Origin: Squalus acanthias
Lineage: Eukaryota
DNA: 64,000 nucleotides
Assembly (NCBI GenBank): GCA_030390025.1
Contig: CM059430.1
Span: 12,524,001 to 12,588,000 of the forward strand
Direction of reading: 5' to 3'
In this document: positions 1 through 12,368 of the stretch, piece after piece
Numbering within the stretch: position 1 is the first letter of the stretch
Layout: each line of letters starts with the position of its first letter
Notes under the pieces: generated by a model
Databases searched by the model: none
Seen by the model: the letters and a program-made list of their open reading frames with translations, nothing else
Told to the model about the DNA's origin: nothing
Position numbers and translations under genes: made by a program

Positions 1-67
1 GCCAGGCAGCATCCGTAGAGAGAGAAAGAGAGTTGACGTTTCAGGTCGATGACCTTTCATCAGAAAA
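1..67 (-). mobile_element. Penelope-like element terminal fragment with minimal hammerhead motif (family A)
   Basis: Reverse complement reads CTGATGA-A-AGGTC-ATC-GACCT-GAAAC-GTC-AACTCTC...GGATGCTGCCTGGC, homologous to the copies at 10062, 47278 and 56381. Confidence 0.7.
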
Positions 68-1676
68 GGGTTTGGCATCCAATCTGCTTCCAGTGGCACG
101 GATTACAAAATTAAACAGCTTCCTCACACAACCAGCCTGTAAGTTGCCCTCCTGCCAGCCAAAAAATAGCCACGGTATTAATGATGAGGCTTCGATTCCG
201 ACAGACAAGAAGAATGGCACCACTTTACCAATAAGGGGCGGAAAAAAGCATTACTCACTCCTTTAATGGGCTGCACAATATCCTCCAAACAACTGAATAG
301 CTCCTCATCTGTAATACCAATTCACAGTATCAGCGCTTGGGAATACATTACCTCGCACTGTATATATGATTGATGAGATCTGATTGCCTACATGCTTTAT
401 TGGGAGAGGAGGATGCTCGGCGCTCAGTATCTGGGAGGGAGGGGGATTGAAGCATGCCCTTAAGGTCCATTGGGACCAGAGAGCTCCAATCATTTGGTGC
501 GAGCAGGTTGAAAAACGAAGCCCTCCTGTCACTTGCCCTTTCACGTGTGATTCTCTGCCCTCCGTGCTCTTCAGTCACACACCTTACTTTATTTCATCCC
601 CCCTCCCCGTCCCCATTAATGCCACAGGAGCCACTGCTAATCACAGATCTACTGCTTCCTGCCGTTTCCTAATTACAAAAAGCCAGTCCCCAGCAGTCTT
701 CTGACTTCAAACCACACTCCGCGATCGCCACGCACTGTAATTACAAACTAATAGTTTGGATGAATTTTTTTTTGCTGGATCCACGCAGAACCCCTCCTGG
801 ATAATTATACCCTCGAGCGCCAGGCTGGCAGGTCTCCTATTTAATCGCAGGCGCACATTTGTGTCCTGCACTTCATAATAATCTCTCTTGACAATTTTCA
901 TTACAATTGGAAGAATGTTGAACAAATAAACAGTATTATTTAGCTGCCTCCTTCATCTCAGACAACTTTCCATCCCCTTGGGGCCACTGCTCAGCATATT
1001 AACAGTCATAGGCCACTATGTATGCTGCACACATGATAGCATTTGACATTCAGCTGATCTCTCTACAAGGCAGTTGAATTCGAAGGTCAATTATAATAAA
1101 ACTATTGGGTTTACAGCAAGGTTTTTTCCCCATAATGTCCTGATATAAAGTACCTTATTTTTCTCCATTTCTTTTGTTATTCACCAGCCAAATTCACGAC
1201 CTCTACTTCATTTTTTTTCTCTCTCATCTTTTCCACACAGCCTCCTGACCAAAAAGACCAAATTTTGAATTCTCTCCAACCTCTCTCCTCCTCCTCCACC
1301 CCCTTCCAAAAAAAACATCATCTACCTGGCTTTAGCGGGAGGTCTTTGCGCAGAGCCTGGACGCTCTGCTCAGTGGAATGAAGAGAAGGAAGAAAGCACA
1401 AAGAAGGAAGAAAGTGTTTTGACTGGGTTGCGGACGGGTCAACTGCGTCCCCCGTTGGACAACACTGAGGGGAATGGTTGGACATGTTTGTGCCAGAGGA
1501 AACTCCCCTAAACCTTCGCCCCGACGTCAGGACACATTTCAATAGTGGGGCCGGGAGGGATTTAAAATCTCAGTGCATTCAAATTTTCTTCCCCTCTGAC
1601 CCACCCTTAGGGATTACTTCCGCAGGTGGGTGGCTGACGGGGAGCGAGGGAGGGCAGGATTGGGGCCAGCTGGCTC

Positions 1677-2322
1677 AAGGGTTGCCAACCCTCCAGGATT
1701 ATCCTGGAGTCTCCAGGAATTGAAGATTAATCTCCAAGGCACTGCTGCGAGCAATCCCAGGGAGAAAAATCACAGGGGTGTGAAAAAAGATATATTTGTT
1801 TCAACACTTCTGTTTATTAGTTATAAAAATGTTTTGGGGAAGCAAAAGCTGTTTGACTGGCAGTCAAGAATCATTCAAACGGGTAACAAAGAGTCTGTTT
1901 GCTTTCCAATTGGCCATGAGAAGGCGCTGTGCTGTGAGGATGGACATGTTCATGGAATCATAGAATGGTTACAGCACAGAAGGAGGCCATTCGGCCCGCC
2001 GAGCCCGTGCCAGCTCTCTGCAAGAGCACTTCAGCTAGTCCCACTCCCCCGTAGCCCTGCAATTTTTTTTCCTTCAGGTACTTATCCAATTCCCTTTTGA
2101 AAGCCACGATTGAATCTGCCTCCACCACCCTTTCAGGCAGTGCATTCCAGATCCTAACCACTCGCTGCGTAAAAAAAGTTTTCCCTCATTTCGCCTTTAG
2201 TTCTTCTGCCAATCACCTTAATGTTAGGCGACCAATTTGGGGGGGGGGGGGGGGGGGGGGTGGAGGGAGGAGGTCATGGGATGAAACCTGCAGGAATAAA
2301 TCCAGCCTGAGTTGGAACCCTA
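1677..2322. mobile_element. hAT-type non-autonomous DNA transposon (MITE) with nested CR1
   Basis: Termini AAGGGTTGCCAAC ... GTTGGAACCCTA, flanked by a perfect 8-bp TSD GCTGGCTC (1669-1676 and 2323-2330). Confidence 0.8.
1953..2220 (-). mobile_element. CR1 LINE 3' fragment inserted in the hAT MITE
   Basis: ORF2 C-terminus VRIWNALPERVVEADSIVAFKRELDKYL, and a 3' UTR ending GGGCCGAATGGCCTCCTTCTGTGCTGTAACCATTCTATGATTCC. Confidence 0.9.
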
Positions 2323-2744
2323 GCTGGCTCCCCTATGACTGATAACTATTGCTCAGTGATTCTTAACAGGACATGTTGCATCCCCAAGTCTCCCACTCTA
2401 CACAGTCTCTCTCCTTCCCACTGCCGTCGAGTGAAGAATGCTTACTGCATGTTCGTTTTCTAAACTAAAATGATAGTAGGAATTTGCAACTTCGCAAAAC
2501 GATACAAGTAACTGTTTGTAAATATAACAAACCTTCCCTGCCCATGGTGCTGTTGTAATGAAGCATAGACCCTTGTGATCTGGGACTTGTTCTCTTTTTG
2601 ACGCTATTTTTATATAGAATATACGTCTAGATTTTCTCCCAACGCCAATTTGTGTTTCTATGTTCTGTAATGTGCAGGAAAGCATCTCTCAAGATATAGA
2701 GTGTACAATTTCAGATGATACCAAACTTGGGCAGCCACGATGAG

Positions 2745-3135
2745 GAGTGAGGTACCACCCAGCTGTGCCATCAGTGGAGTTCATAAGGTGCCACCCAGAC
2801 CGGATGCTGCCCAGGCCAAACACCCGCCCTGGAGGTCGCTCCAGGTCAGACATGCCAAGGGAGGCTTGAGGTACTGGCCAGGTCAGACATTCTCTTGGGG
2901 GCAATGCTCCCTCTAATTTCCGCCCCCCGCCCGCCCCGCCCCGTGCTCAGTCCCAGCGCCAACAGCTGGTTAGTGGCCTGCGCAGGATCTCCAGATTGGT
3001 GCGCATCCACGCACCTTAGGGGGAACGTTGCTTGGGGGTGCAAGGTATTGCTCAGACCAGACATGCGGTCGAAGACATGAGATATCCTGAGGTCAGACAT
3101 CCCCTGTGAGGTACTACCAGGCTAGACATCCCCAA
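2745..3135. repeat. Degenerate tandem repeat with core (GAGGTAC..)CCAGGTCAGACAT
   Basis: Core variants recur at about 2841, 2878, 3057, 3090 and 3117. Confidence 0.5.
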
Positions 3136-3613
3136 CTGGCAGGGACTGACTATGGTGGGGTCTGAATCCGTAACATTCCTGCTCTGTGACATTATGTTTC
3201 AGTGGATAACCTACAGCACATGGGATGGTCGAATGAGAATCTTTACAGGAGACACAACACTCACAAGCAATATGGACAATGCCATTTTAAACAGGGTAAC
3301 AAGTGACTGACTTCTTATAGTCTGAGCCTAGTTAGACAGCTATCAATCACCATTATAGGTATCCTGCATTGTACAGGATTAGAAAGTACATTGAGGATTT
3401 AATGTAGCCTCGTGCTTCTACTTGTACTTTGTTGCTTCCTGAGGCTATAGCGTATGTGACCTAAAGGATGTGACCTAAAGGATGACACCACAGTGATATG
3501 GTCAGGCATTGAAGATCAAAGTGTTCTTCACCCTCAGTTTGAAATGTCTGCACAACTGCTAAACTTGCTGCAAAAATAATCCAAATGTAAACCTTGAGAA
3601 ACACTTTCATTTG

Positions 3614-4022
3614 TTTTATTCGTTCCTGGGATGTGGGCGTCGCTGGCAAGGCCAGCATTTATTGCCCATCCCTAATTGCCCTCGAGAAGGTGGTAGTGGT
3701 GAGCCGCCTTCTTGAACCGCTGCAGTCCGTGTGGTGAAGGTACTCCCACAGTGCTATTGGGGAGGGAGTTCCAGAATTTTGACCCAGCGACGATGAAGGA
3801 ATGGCGATATACTTCCAAGTCAGGATGGTGTGTGACTTGGAGGTGGTGGTGTTCCCATGCGCCTGCTGCCCTTGTCCTTCTAGTTGGAAGAGGTCGCAGG
3901 TTTGGGAGGTGCTGCCGAAGAAGCCTTGGCGAGTTGCTGCAGTGCATCTTGTAGATGGTATACACTGCAGCCACAGTACACCGGTGGTGGAGGGAGTGAA
4001 TGTTTAAGGTGGTGGATGTTTA
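3614..4022 (-). mobile_element. CR1-group LINE (second family) 3' fragment
   Basis: Translates as ...IYKMHCSNSPRLLRQHLPN...SFIVAGSKFWNSLPNSTVG...FKKAAHH, with a WNSLP motif and a 3' end ...CCCAGGAACGAATAAAA. Near-identical copies at 11843 and 27093. Confidence 0.8.
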
Positions 4023-4152
4023 AGGTTTTCATGTCCTGAAAAAACCAAGTTGCCTTTAACAAGCATCCATTAATATGGGAAGATGGGCCTTTGGGCATGT
4101 GCAGCGTCTGATGTTCAACACACTAAAATCAAACAAAAACAAAGAAAAAAAA

Positions 4153-4606
4153 GTATCAGCCGTGGCTCAGTGGGAAGCACTCTCACCTCTGAGTCAGAAG
4201 GTTGTGGGTTCAAGTCCCACTCCAGAGACTTGAGCACAAGAATCTAGGCCGACACTCCAGTGCAGTACTGAGGGAGTGCTGCACTGTCGGAGGTGCCGTC
4301 TTTCGGATGAGACGTTAAACCGAGGCCCCGTCTGCTCTCTCAGGTGGACGTAAAAGATCCCACGGCACTATTTCAAAGAAGAGCAGGGGAGTTATCCCCG
4401 GTGTCTTGGACAATATTTATCCTTCAATCAACATAACTAACACAGATCTGGTCATTATCACATTGCTTGCTGTGCTCTAATTGGCTGCCATGTTTCCTAC
4501 ATTACAACAGTGACTGCACATCAAAAAATACTTCATTGGCTGTGAAGCGCTTTGGGACGTCCTGAGGTCGTGACAGGCACTATATAAATGCAAGTTCTTT
4601 CTTTCT
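4153..4606 (+). mobile_element. Full-length Deu-domain tRNA-SINE (SacSINE1/AmnSINE-like)
   Basis: A-box TGGCTCAGTGG, B-box GGTTCAAGTCC, core GGATGAGACGTTAAACCGAGG...GTAAAAGATCCC..GGCACTATTT..AAGAAGAGCAGGGGAG, and an L2-like tail ending TATATAAATGCAAG. Confidence 0.85.
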
Positions 4607-6790
4607 GGTTTGTTTTGCAGGGAGAGACTGATCCCTCGCATCAAAGGAGAAAATTCAGCATTAAAAAGGTGATATTATAGACACTTAACAAACAATATAG
4701 AAAAAGACCGAGCTGGAACACTACTTCAAACTAAACTGAGAGTAGAACAAGAGTTTGCGGCTGAAACTAGTAAACGGCAAAGTCAGAGTGATCAATACTC
4801 ATCAACACCCGGGTGGGGTATTGGAGGGGAAAACCCGGCGGCATTTAATGAACACGTGGATCCGATAATTAGGGGTTGTAGGTTTTTCCCGGAAGGACGA
4901 GTTTAGATGGACTGAATGGCCTTACTCATCTGCATCGATCCTGTGAGCGCATGGTCGCTTTTACTGTGTGATTCTACTCAATGTCACTCCTCATCTTCAA
5001 AGCAAACACCACAAACAAACCCTCGCTATGAATCAGTTATAGCGTGATTAACAATTCTGCCATTAAAAGATGTGTCTTTACTTCAGGGCGGGGTGGGGGG
5101 GGGGGGGCGGTTGTGGTGAAGGACAGTTTATCCCATTGTCTTCTCCTATAACGCATTCCTTTCAAAATCCCTCAACCATTCTAACACAGTATGAAAGGTC
5201 TAAAGCATTAATTAATGGAGGTTCCCCTCCTGCCCCACTCACCAGTTTTGGGAATACGGAGTGATCTCACGTACCCCAATATACCAGGAGTATGCAACTG
5301 TTCACATAACAGAGTCAATTAGACAGTAAAGGGTTTCTTTTTTTAACAATAGCATGTTTGGCCTTCCTTAGCAACATGTACTTGGCAATCGCAATAGCTG
5401 CTGAAGGTACTTGTGTGTTCAAACAAGCCAAGCATTATTAACAGTGAATGCACTGTTTGCCCCGAGGCGTATTCAGTGCTCTATTATACCAACGCCTTGT
5501 CTCCTCAGCTGGATCTGAACCTGTTACATTAACTTTGTCCAGTCAATCATCATCCAGCTCTGAGCGGCAAGAGAGAGAAAAAAAAAGGACAAGGAAGTGG
5601 AGAGAGAGGGAAAAAAAAATCCATGTCCCGGGATGTCACGGAAGGAGTTTTTGTTGTTTTGACAACATGGCATTTGTTCTCATCCCCCAACCCCTTCAAA
5701 AAAAAAACATAGCATCGTCATTTGTACAGCACGCGTGACAGGAAGCAGGCCGATGCTTCAGGTCTTAACTCAGCCGCTGTTGGAACTTTTTTTTTGCTCC
5801 GTCAAAATGGTCACATTTAAGGGATTTTGTTTTCATAATGGAATCAGCCAGTTCCAGGCTTGTGAGTTGTCTCTTTTCAATTTCTTCCCCTCCCTGCTAT
5901 CTTTCACCTCTCTTCGTCCTCCCCCACCCCCCCGCACCCCCCCCCCCCCCTCCAACATGGCTTCCATAGTTTAGTCTCACCATTTTAAACCAGAGTCTTA
6001 CAGGCTCGGAATGCGCGCTGGTCGACTGCAGCAGAGAAATAAAATATGTCCTCTCCTTCTCCCCCCCGCTCCCCATCCCCCCTAACATGGCACTACTGCA
6101 CCTTAAGACCAGTTATTGGGTTACTGGAAGGAAATGATCGCCCGCTGGAGCTAATCCCCTCAGCCAGGCTGGCTGCTGTGCTTGCCCATTGCAACTGACA
6201 GCCCCCTTTGTAAGAGTGAATTATGAAACTTACACTACACTACAAAGGCCTCTCCAGCAAGGTGCTGGATAATGTTTCACAACTCTAACCAGTCTTAATT
6301 GTCAGCTCTTAGCCAGCAGCCCCTTTGCAAGTCACAGCGCCCTGCCCTAATGTGATCAGCCACTTTCTTGATCCAGTGTGACCTCCACCTCCAGACTGAC
6401 GTTTCTCTGATAACACTCAGTCGCTAATTAAGAGCGCAGCCTTCGGAGAGCCCCCCGCATTAAGATGCAGCCGGCTGGTTGGAGCCGCATTTCCAATCAG
6501 ATTGAAATTTGCTTACAGAACCAATCTGCCGGGTGCCCCAGGCTCGTGTCAGATACCTTGCAAGCTCCTGTTTAAGCACCTTGCTTTAATCACAGTAATC
6601 GATGCTAACCCGGAGAGAGGCGGTGCACAATCAAAGCCCTGCCATTGCATGATTCAGGCAGATTGATCTCATTGTGAAACTGTTACTCCTCTATAGGCGC
6701 TATGCCTTTAACACTCGTACGCAATTGGCTTCGGACACTAAAGGTGTCTTACTCAGTGCATATGCCGTAGCCAAGAAGCTACTTAAAAAA

Positions 6791-7249
6791 AGACAGACTA
6801 TATAGCGCCCTTTCACGACCACTGGACAGCCCAAAGCTCTTTACAGCCAATGAAGTACTTTTGAAGTGCAGTCACTGTTGTAATGTAGGAAACGCGGCAG
6901 CCAATTTGCGCACAGCAAGCTCCCACAAACAGCAATGTGATAACGACCAAGTAATCTGTTTTAGTGATGTTGATTGAGGGATAAATATTGGCCCTAGGAC
7001 ACCGGGGAGAACTCCCCTGCTCTTCTTCGAAATAGTGCCATAGGATTTTTTATGTCCACCTGAGAGGGCAGACGGGACCTCGGTTAACGTTTCATCTGAA
7101 AGACGGCACCTCCGACAGTGCAGCACTCCCTCAGTACTGCACTGGAGTGTCAGCCTAGATTTTTGTGCTCAAGTCTCTGGAGTGGGACTTGAACCCACAA
7201 CCTTCTGACTCAGAGGCGAGAGTACTACCAACTGAGCCACGGCCGACAC
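6791..7249 (-). mobile_element. Full-length Deu-domain tRNA-SINE
   Basis: Reverse complement of the 4153 family, including the pol III head (GGGACTTGAACCC...ACTGAGCCACGG). Confidence 0.85.
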
Positions 7250-8678
7250 TTCTAACCACATCTGCAGCCCACAGTGTTCAGCTAAAAGGTCTCAGCAAGG
7301 TTAGAACCGCTTAAAAACGCACCTTAAGTTCTCCTCTTATGGCTCTGTGCACAAATGCACGGAACCCACAAGACCAGAAGGCCCCAGGCCTGAACCTTGG
7401 TCTGTTTGCTGACCAGACCATCAGTTGGCTTGCTATAATTGACCCAGCCTCTTGGAGTGAGCGAAAGGGAAACAATAAACATCTGCCAGGCTCCCTGCTC
7501 GTGATCGCTACTCCCGGAGTCCTACTCTAAAGTGCGCATGGGGGGGGGAGGACATCAAGTGGACAACCGGCTGACATCCGCTGTCCAAGGCGACACACGC
7601 ACACACTGAGGTACCAGACCAGAATCTCCTGCTTGTGGAATAGGGGAGTCAACGGCATTGGGTGAGGAAGCAAGCAGAAAGAAAGAATTTGGATTCGACC
7701 TTCCATCCGCACAAGCCTCTCACACACACTCAGGCACGAAGCACACTCTGAGCTCACAAAAGGCATCCCTGTAAATTCATCAGAAAGAAAAGGCCCTAAT
7801 GGGACAGGGGGACGCTGCTGTCCCCTCGGAGGCCCCGAAGTCAGTTCATTTATTAACAGACACAAGAGAAACAAATCAAACAGCCCTAATCGGGTTTTTG
7901 TTATGAAACAAAGATCCGGTTCTACATCAAGTTACATCGTGACATGCTAATTCAAATAGTTAACAGTAATAAGTAAATGGATTGAAAATGCTGCCGTGTA
8001 CATTCTGAGGGTCTGCAGATTTATCGCGCGCGGCCTTTGTGTGTCAAGTCCTTTAGCAGACTTTCAAGGAAGCAAAATCCATTTTCCTGAAGGTGAAAGA
8101 TGTCAGTACTTGGAGACAAAGCACTTATACTCTTTCTACCCAATGACAACACCAAGCACTCCCTGGCCAGGTTTATTATTTGTTATAGACACAACTTGAA
8201 CCTCTCTGCTCGCTGCCCTAATAATGTGTTTTTTAACCTTCTGTAGAAGAGGTGACAGTCCTATTTCCCACACCATCTATCCTTATGCTCTCTGAAATTG
8301 GCCAGTCACTGTGAAATTATGGGCTGCCTTTTCAGTGCCGCAGACTCACATCCACTGGGAACTGGACTGAGACGGTCCAAACAGTTTCACTCAGGACCCT
8401 TATCAGAACTGAAGCACAGAATCATCTATTTCATTTTGGTACTAAAAACTCTCAGGGCATTTCCACCTGCTTTAACTTTAAGGCTTAAAAAAGAGGCGAT
8501 ATTGAAGACTTGGCCAATCAGAGTCGGCAAGGGTACTTTTTCCCGACATTTTATGCGAGAGTATTTCGCAACATCAGTAAAATACGCTAGCCACGTATCG
8601 CGTGCTTCATTAATACCATCTCCAGGGCTTCCTTTGCCTTGCACTGTAACTTTTATGCTTCTCTCAAAAGGTGCTGAC

Positions 8679-8815
8679 CAATGTTGCTGCTAAGCCGCGC
8701 AACTGTCTGGAGGTCCCGCGCAGGCCGCTCGCCGGCTTTTATATGGGAGAAACCGCGCATGCGCGAAAATATGAGTGGGCCGCGCACCAAAAAAAATAAA
8801 TAAGAGGGAACATTG
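8679..8815. mobile_element. Small hAT-type MITE (137 bp) with GC-rich interior
   Basis: Termini CAATGTTGC...GGGAACATTG and an 8-bp TSD GTGCTGAC/GTGCTAAC. An inverted sister copy lies at 52712-52865. Confidence 0.75.
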
Positions 8816-9829
8816 GTGCTAACTCTTACCGGGGTACAGTTTATAGAGTTGCCAGTGCCTCACTCAAGTGGTACACTCTTCATGTACTGGAATAATGAGC
8901 GTGAAGCACATCACGACGGAACCCAATTCGGCCTTTGCCCGACATTCACACACCTGCAGCTTTTCAGCAGCAATCACCGGACAGCGAGAACCCCGTCTGA
9001 ACTTCTCACGTGGGAGCGCAGACAGTGCCGGGGGGGCTATTTGACTGCAGTAGGCGTCACAGCCGAACCCGCTCTACCCCTCGCCTGACAGCTACACACG
9101 CATATTTTACAGCAGGGGTTACCGTACAACAAGAAACTTTAACTCATTTTCATCCTCCTGAGCTTGGGGGGGGGACTGAAGCCAACAGTGATGTCTCAAC
9201 TACTGCTCTGGTAGACCAAAAGCTGGAACCTTCTGGTCTCTCCACGCCCTGGTGCATTTCCTCACTAAGCCATCAGGCACTCTTAAAAATTATGGCACGG
9301 TTGAAGTCAAAGGAAGGGCTGCCTGCCCAAGTGACGCTGCCCGTGCTGCTATACTAGCCATCCAGGCTCGTTACACAAGTGAATGTTATAGGGGAGGCAA
9401 TGTTAGTTCATGCACTGACTTCATGCAACAGTGCTCAGAAACTTCTGCGCTCCAGCACTGACTGACACTCTTAGCCCCTCGACTGCACGTGGAAACAGGG
9501 TTCGACGTTCCTTGCCAGGCCGTCAGGGAGCGGATGTAACAGTAGGAGAGCGTTCAAGCTCAAGGGGAAGGGGGGGGGGGGCGGGAATGTTAAATTTAAG
9601 AACTCGCGTTCATCTTAGTTCATCAAGTCAAGTGCTTCTCCAGCACTCAGAGCATGAACCAGTGCCACCAAGTATCCATGGGTCAACAACTTCACTACTC
9701 ATTAAAGAGGCTCCAACAAAGCTAGAGTGAGGGTGTAATACAGGACACCAGGCAACAGACCCAAACCTGGGTTTAACAGACAATGCCATTTCCATAACCT
9801 CCTCCGCCTCCATTTTTTCCAGATGGTAG

Positions 9830-10160
9830 CTGTTGCTGATGATTCTGCTATTCCCATTTACACCTCCTCTGGAGTCATCTTTTGTTTCTTTACTTGTCCC
9901 ATTAGCATCTCCTTTTAGCCTCGCACCATCCCCCCTTTTGTCATTTAATCTCTCCTGCCTTCCATCCTGTCACAGACCTTCCCCTTTTGTTCTTTCCTCC
10001 CCTCCCCCCTTTCCCTGCCCCTACACTTGCTTAAAAATCTGTTCCATCTCCAACTTTTTCCAGTTCTGACGAAGGGTCATCGACCCGAAACGTTAACTCT
10101 GTTTCTCTCGCCACAGATGCTGCCTGACCTGCTGAGTATTTCCAGCATTTTCTGTTTTTA
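9830..10160 (+). mobile_element. Penelope-like element 3'/pseudo-LTR fragment with hammerhead motif (family A)
   Basis: Pyrimidine-rich tract, then AGTT-CTGACGA-A-GGGTC-ATC-GACCC-GAAAC-GTT-AACT (10062-10098), then CAGATGCTGCCTGACCTGCTGAGTATTTCCAGCATTTTCTG. Confidence 0.75.
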
Positions 10161-11842
10161 ATGGCATTTTCATTGATGCTTTCCTTGGTGCATTGGCAGC
10201 CTACTCCTGTGGCATCTGGGCTCCCCCTTTCAACAGGGTTGATGGAATTTCCTGCTGGTCAGACAATTATTTCCCCCATCCCATGGTTGCTTGCTAATAC
10301 TTCCTTAGCCTCTCTCTCTCGTTTGCCACGTCTCTCTCTCTCTCTTCCGTCCCCCATCCCTTCGGGCAGAGGTGAAGCCCTCAAGAAGCCACCACTCATT
10401 ACAATCCACTTACTGCTTTCAGGAGGTCAGAGGTCCTTGCAGTCAGAGGTCGGCCAATAAAGCCATCAGGCAGAGCGAGATGTTTTGAGCGTGGAGAACG
10501 GAGCCTTGTCTTAAGGTTCTCTCTTGCTAAGTAAGCTATTAAGGAGGACTTGCCTCGAGGCTGCCGGTGAGGCTAGGGGCTGCTCAGGCGAGGACAACAC
10601 ACATTAAAAAAAACAAAAATGACACAAGCACTGGAATAAAAACTACAGTGAATCAATCTAAGCTGGCCCTGTCAACACCGACCCGCCCAAAAAAAACAAG
10701 CATACTGTTTGTAAGACCAAATTCGATGTAGTTTGAAAAAACAACACAAAGACAAGCTTCCGTATAGTGTAACAAATTTGTCAAATAAACGTTAAAAAAA
10801 AAGTTTTCATTAAAATAAATAGGCAGCATCAATAGTTCATTGAAAACCGGGCGGTGGGGGCGAGACCAGGTCAACGTGTTATTTATGGCTTTTCAAAACA
10901 CCATCTGAAATCTGAATTGGGTAGTAGAGTTATAGGAAGGGCGAGTAGCTCCAGGGTCCGGGGCAACAGTGGCAGTCTCTTTGAATCTCGCAGAGAACAC
11001 ACACACGCACACACACAGCAACAATGGTGCAATTTACTTAAAATGGCCACTAGAAGGCAGCCACTAACTATATGCCTCAGTTGACAGCTGCACTGCTGGG
11101 GATTAAGATTGATGACTTGCTCAGGAGCTCGCGTCAAAACCCGCTCTTACTGTCCATATCTAACCGTGCCTCCATTGTTACCAGAGCGATCGTGTTTTGT
11201 TTTTAATACATTGTTACAGGGTTGACAAAGACGCCTGTCTACTGAGCACTCAGGAATCGACAACTGCTGTCTAAGGCGCAGGCCAACTCTTTTTTTTTTA
11301 AAGTGACTCCAACAGACCCAGGGGTGAAATATTTACAGTGAATCCTGGCCGGGTCACTGCTGTTGAGTAGCTGTCAATACCAAAGTGCATCTGTTGCGGT
11401 CTCATCCTTTGCTTTGTGTAGGCAGCCTGTGTAAATCTATCAAAGCTGGCTCGGTGTCAAAGCGAGTCTATTGTCTTCATTTGACCAGGATGGTCTCGAT
11501 TTGCCCTCCCCTTTCCCAGCCCAAGGCCTACATCGCAGTAGCACTGGTCAGAAATGTGCTGGGCTTGCTCGATTTGACAAAAAAAAGATTGCCAAAGCGA
11601 ACCATATCAGAGTTTCCCCAGAGTTGCGCCTGGGGAGGAAGGAGAGTCCACTGGACATGGCCACTCTGTTCTTCCCCGCCTTTCCGGAAGGTGCCGGCTC
11701 GTGCTGGGGTAATGCTCCACGAGTGACGGCAATTGGCCGACCCCTCACTCGAGTGGTCGTTCTGCATGGGTCAGCCTTGACGGTTGAGTGATAATGGGCT
11801 ATTCAACCAGAGGAGCCGCCACATCTCAGCCCAATCTTTTCT

Positions 11843-12213
11843 TTTTATTCGTTCATGGGATGTGGGCATCGCTGGCAAGGCCAGCATTTATTGCCCATCC
11901 GTAGTTGCCCTTGAGAAGGTGGTGGTGAGCCGCCGCCTTGAACCGCTGCAGTCGGTGTGGTGAAGGTACTCCCACAGTGCTGTTAGGGAGTGAGTTCCAG
12001 GAATTTGACCCAGCGACAATAAAGGAACGGCGATATACTTCCAAGTCAGGATGGTGTGCGACTTGGAGGGGAACTTGGAGGTGGTGGTGTTCCCATGCGC
12101 CTGCTGCCCTTGTTCTTGTTGGCAGTAGAGATCGAGCGTTTGGGAGGTGCTGTCGAAGAAGCCATGGCAAATTGCTGCAGTGCATCTTGTAGATGGTACA
12201 CACTGCAGCCACA
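11843..12213 (-). mobile_element. CR1-group LINE (second family) 3' fragment
   Basis: Translates as AAVCTIYKMHCSN...SFIVAGSNSWNSLPNSTVG...HHLLKGN. Same family as 3614. Confidence 0.8.
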
Positions 12214-12324
12214 TTCGTTTTGACGTCTACACATTCGCATTTTCCGGTGGGGAAATCACTGGATCGATAGTGAACAGGAATGGGTGGCGAGGAACTGGTA
12301 AAGGGTGGTCCAGCATAAGCCAGC

Positions 12325-12368
<44 letters not shown>

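Noticed and set aside
2238-2270. Long poly-G/poly-C runs (also about 5930, 18630, 41395, 45042 and 49210) as G-quadruplex elements
   Set aside because: These homopolymers are scattered throughout the window, including inside repeats, with no positional pattern. Their lengths are also error-prone.
4156-4230. tRNA-like sequences at SINE 5' ends
   Set aside because: They are SINE heads fused to the Deu core, not tRNA genes.
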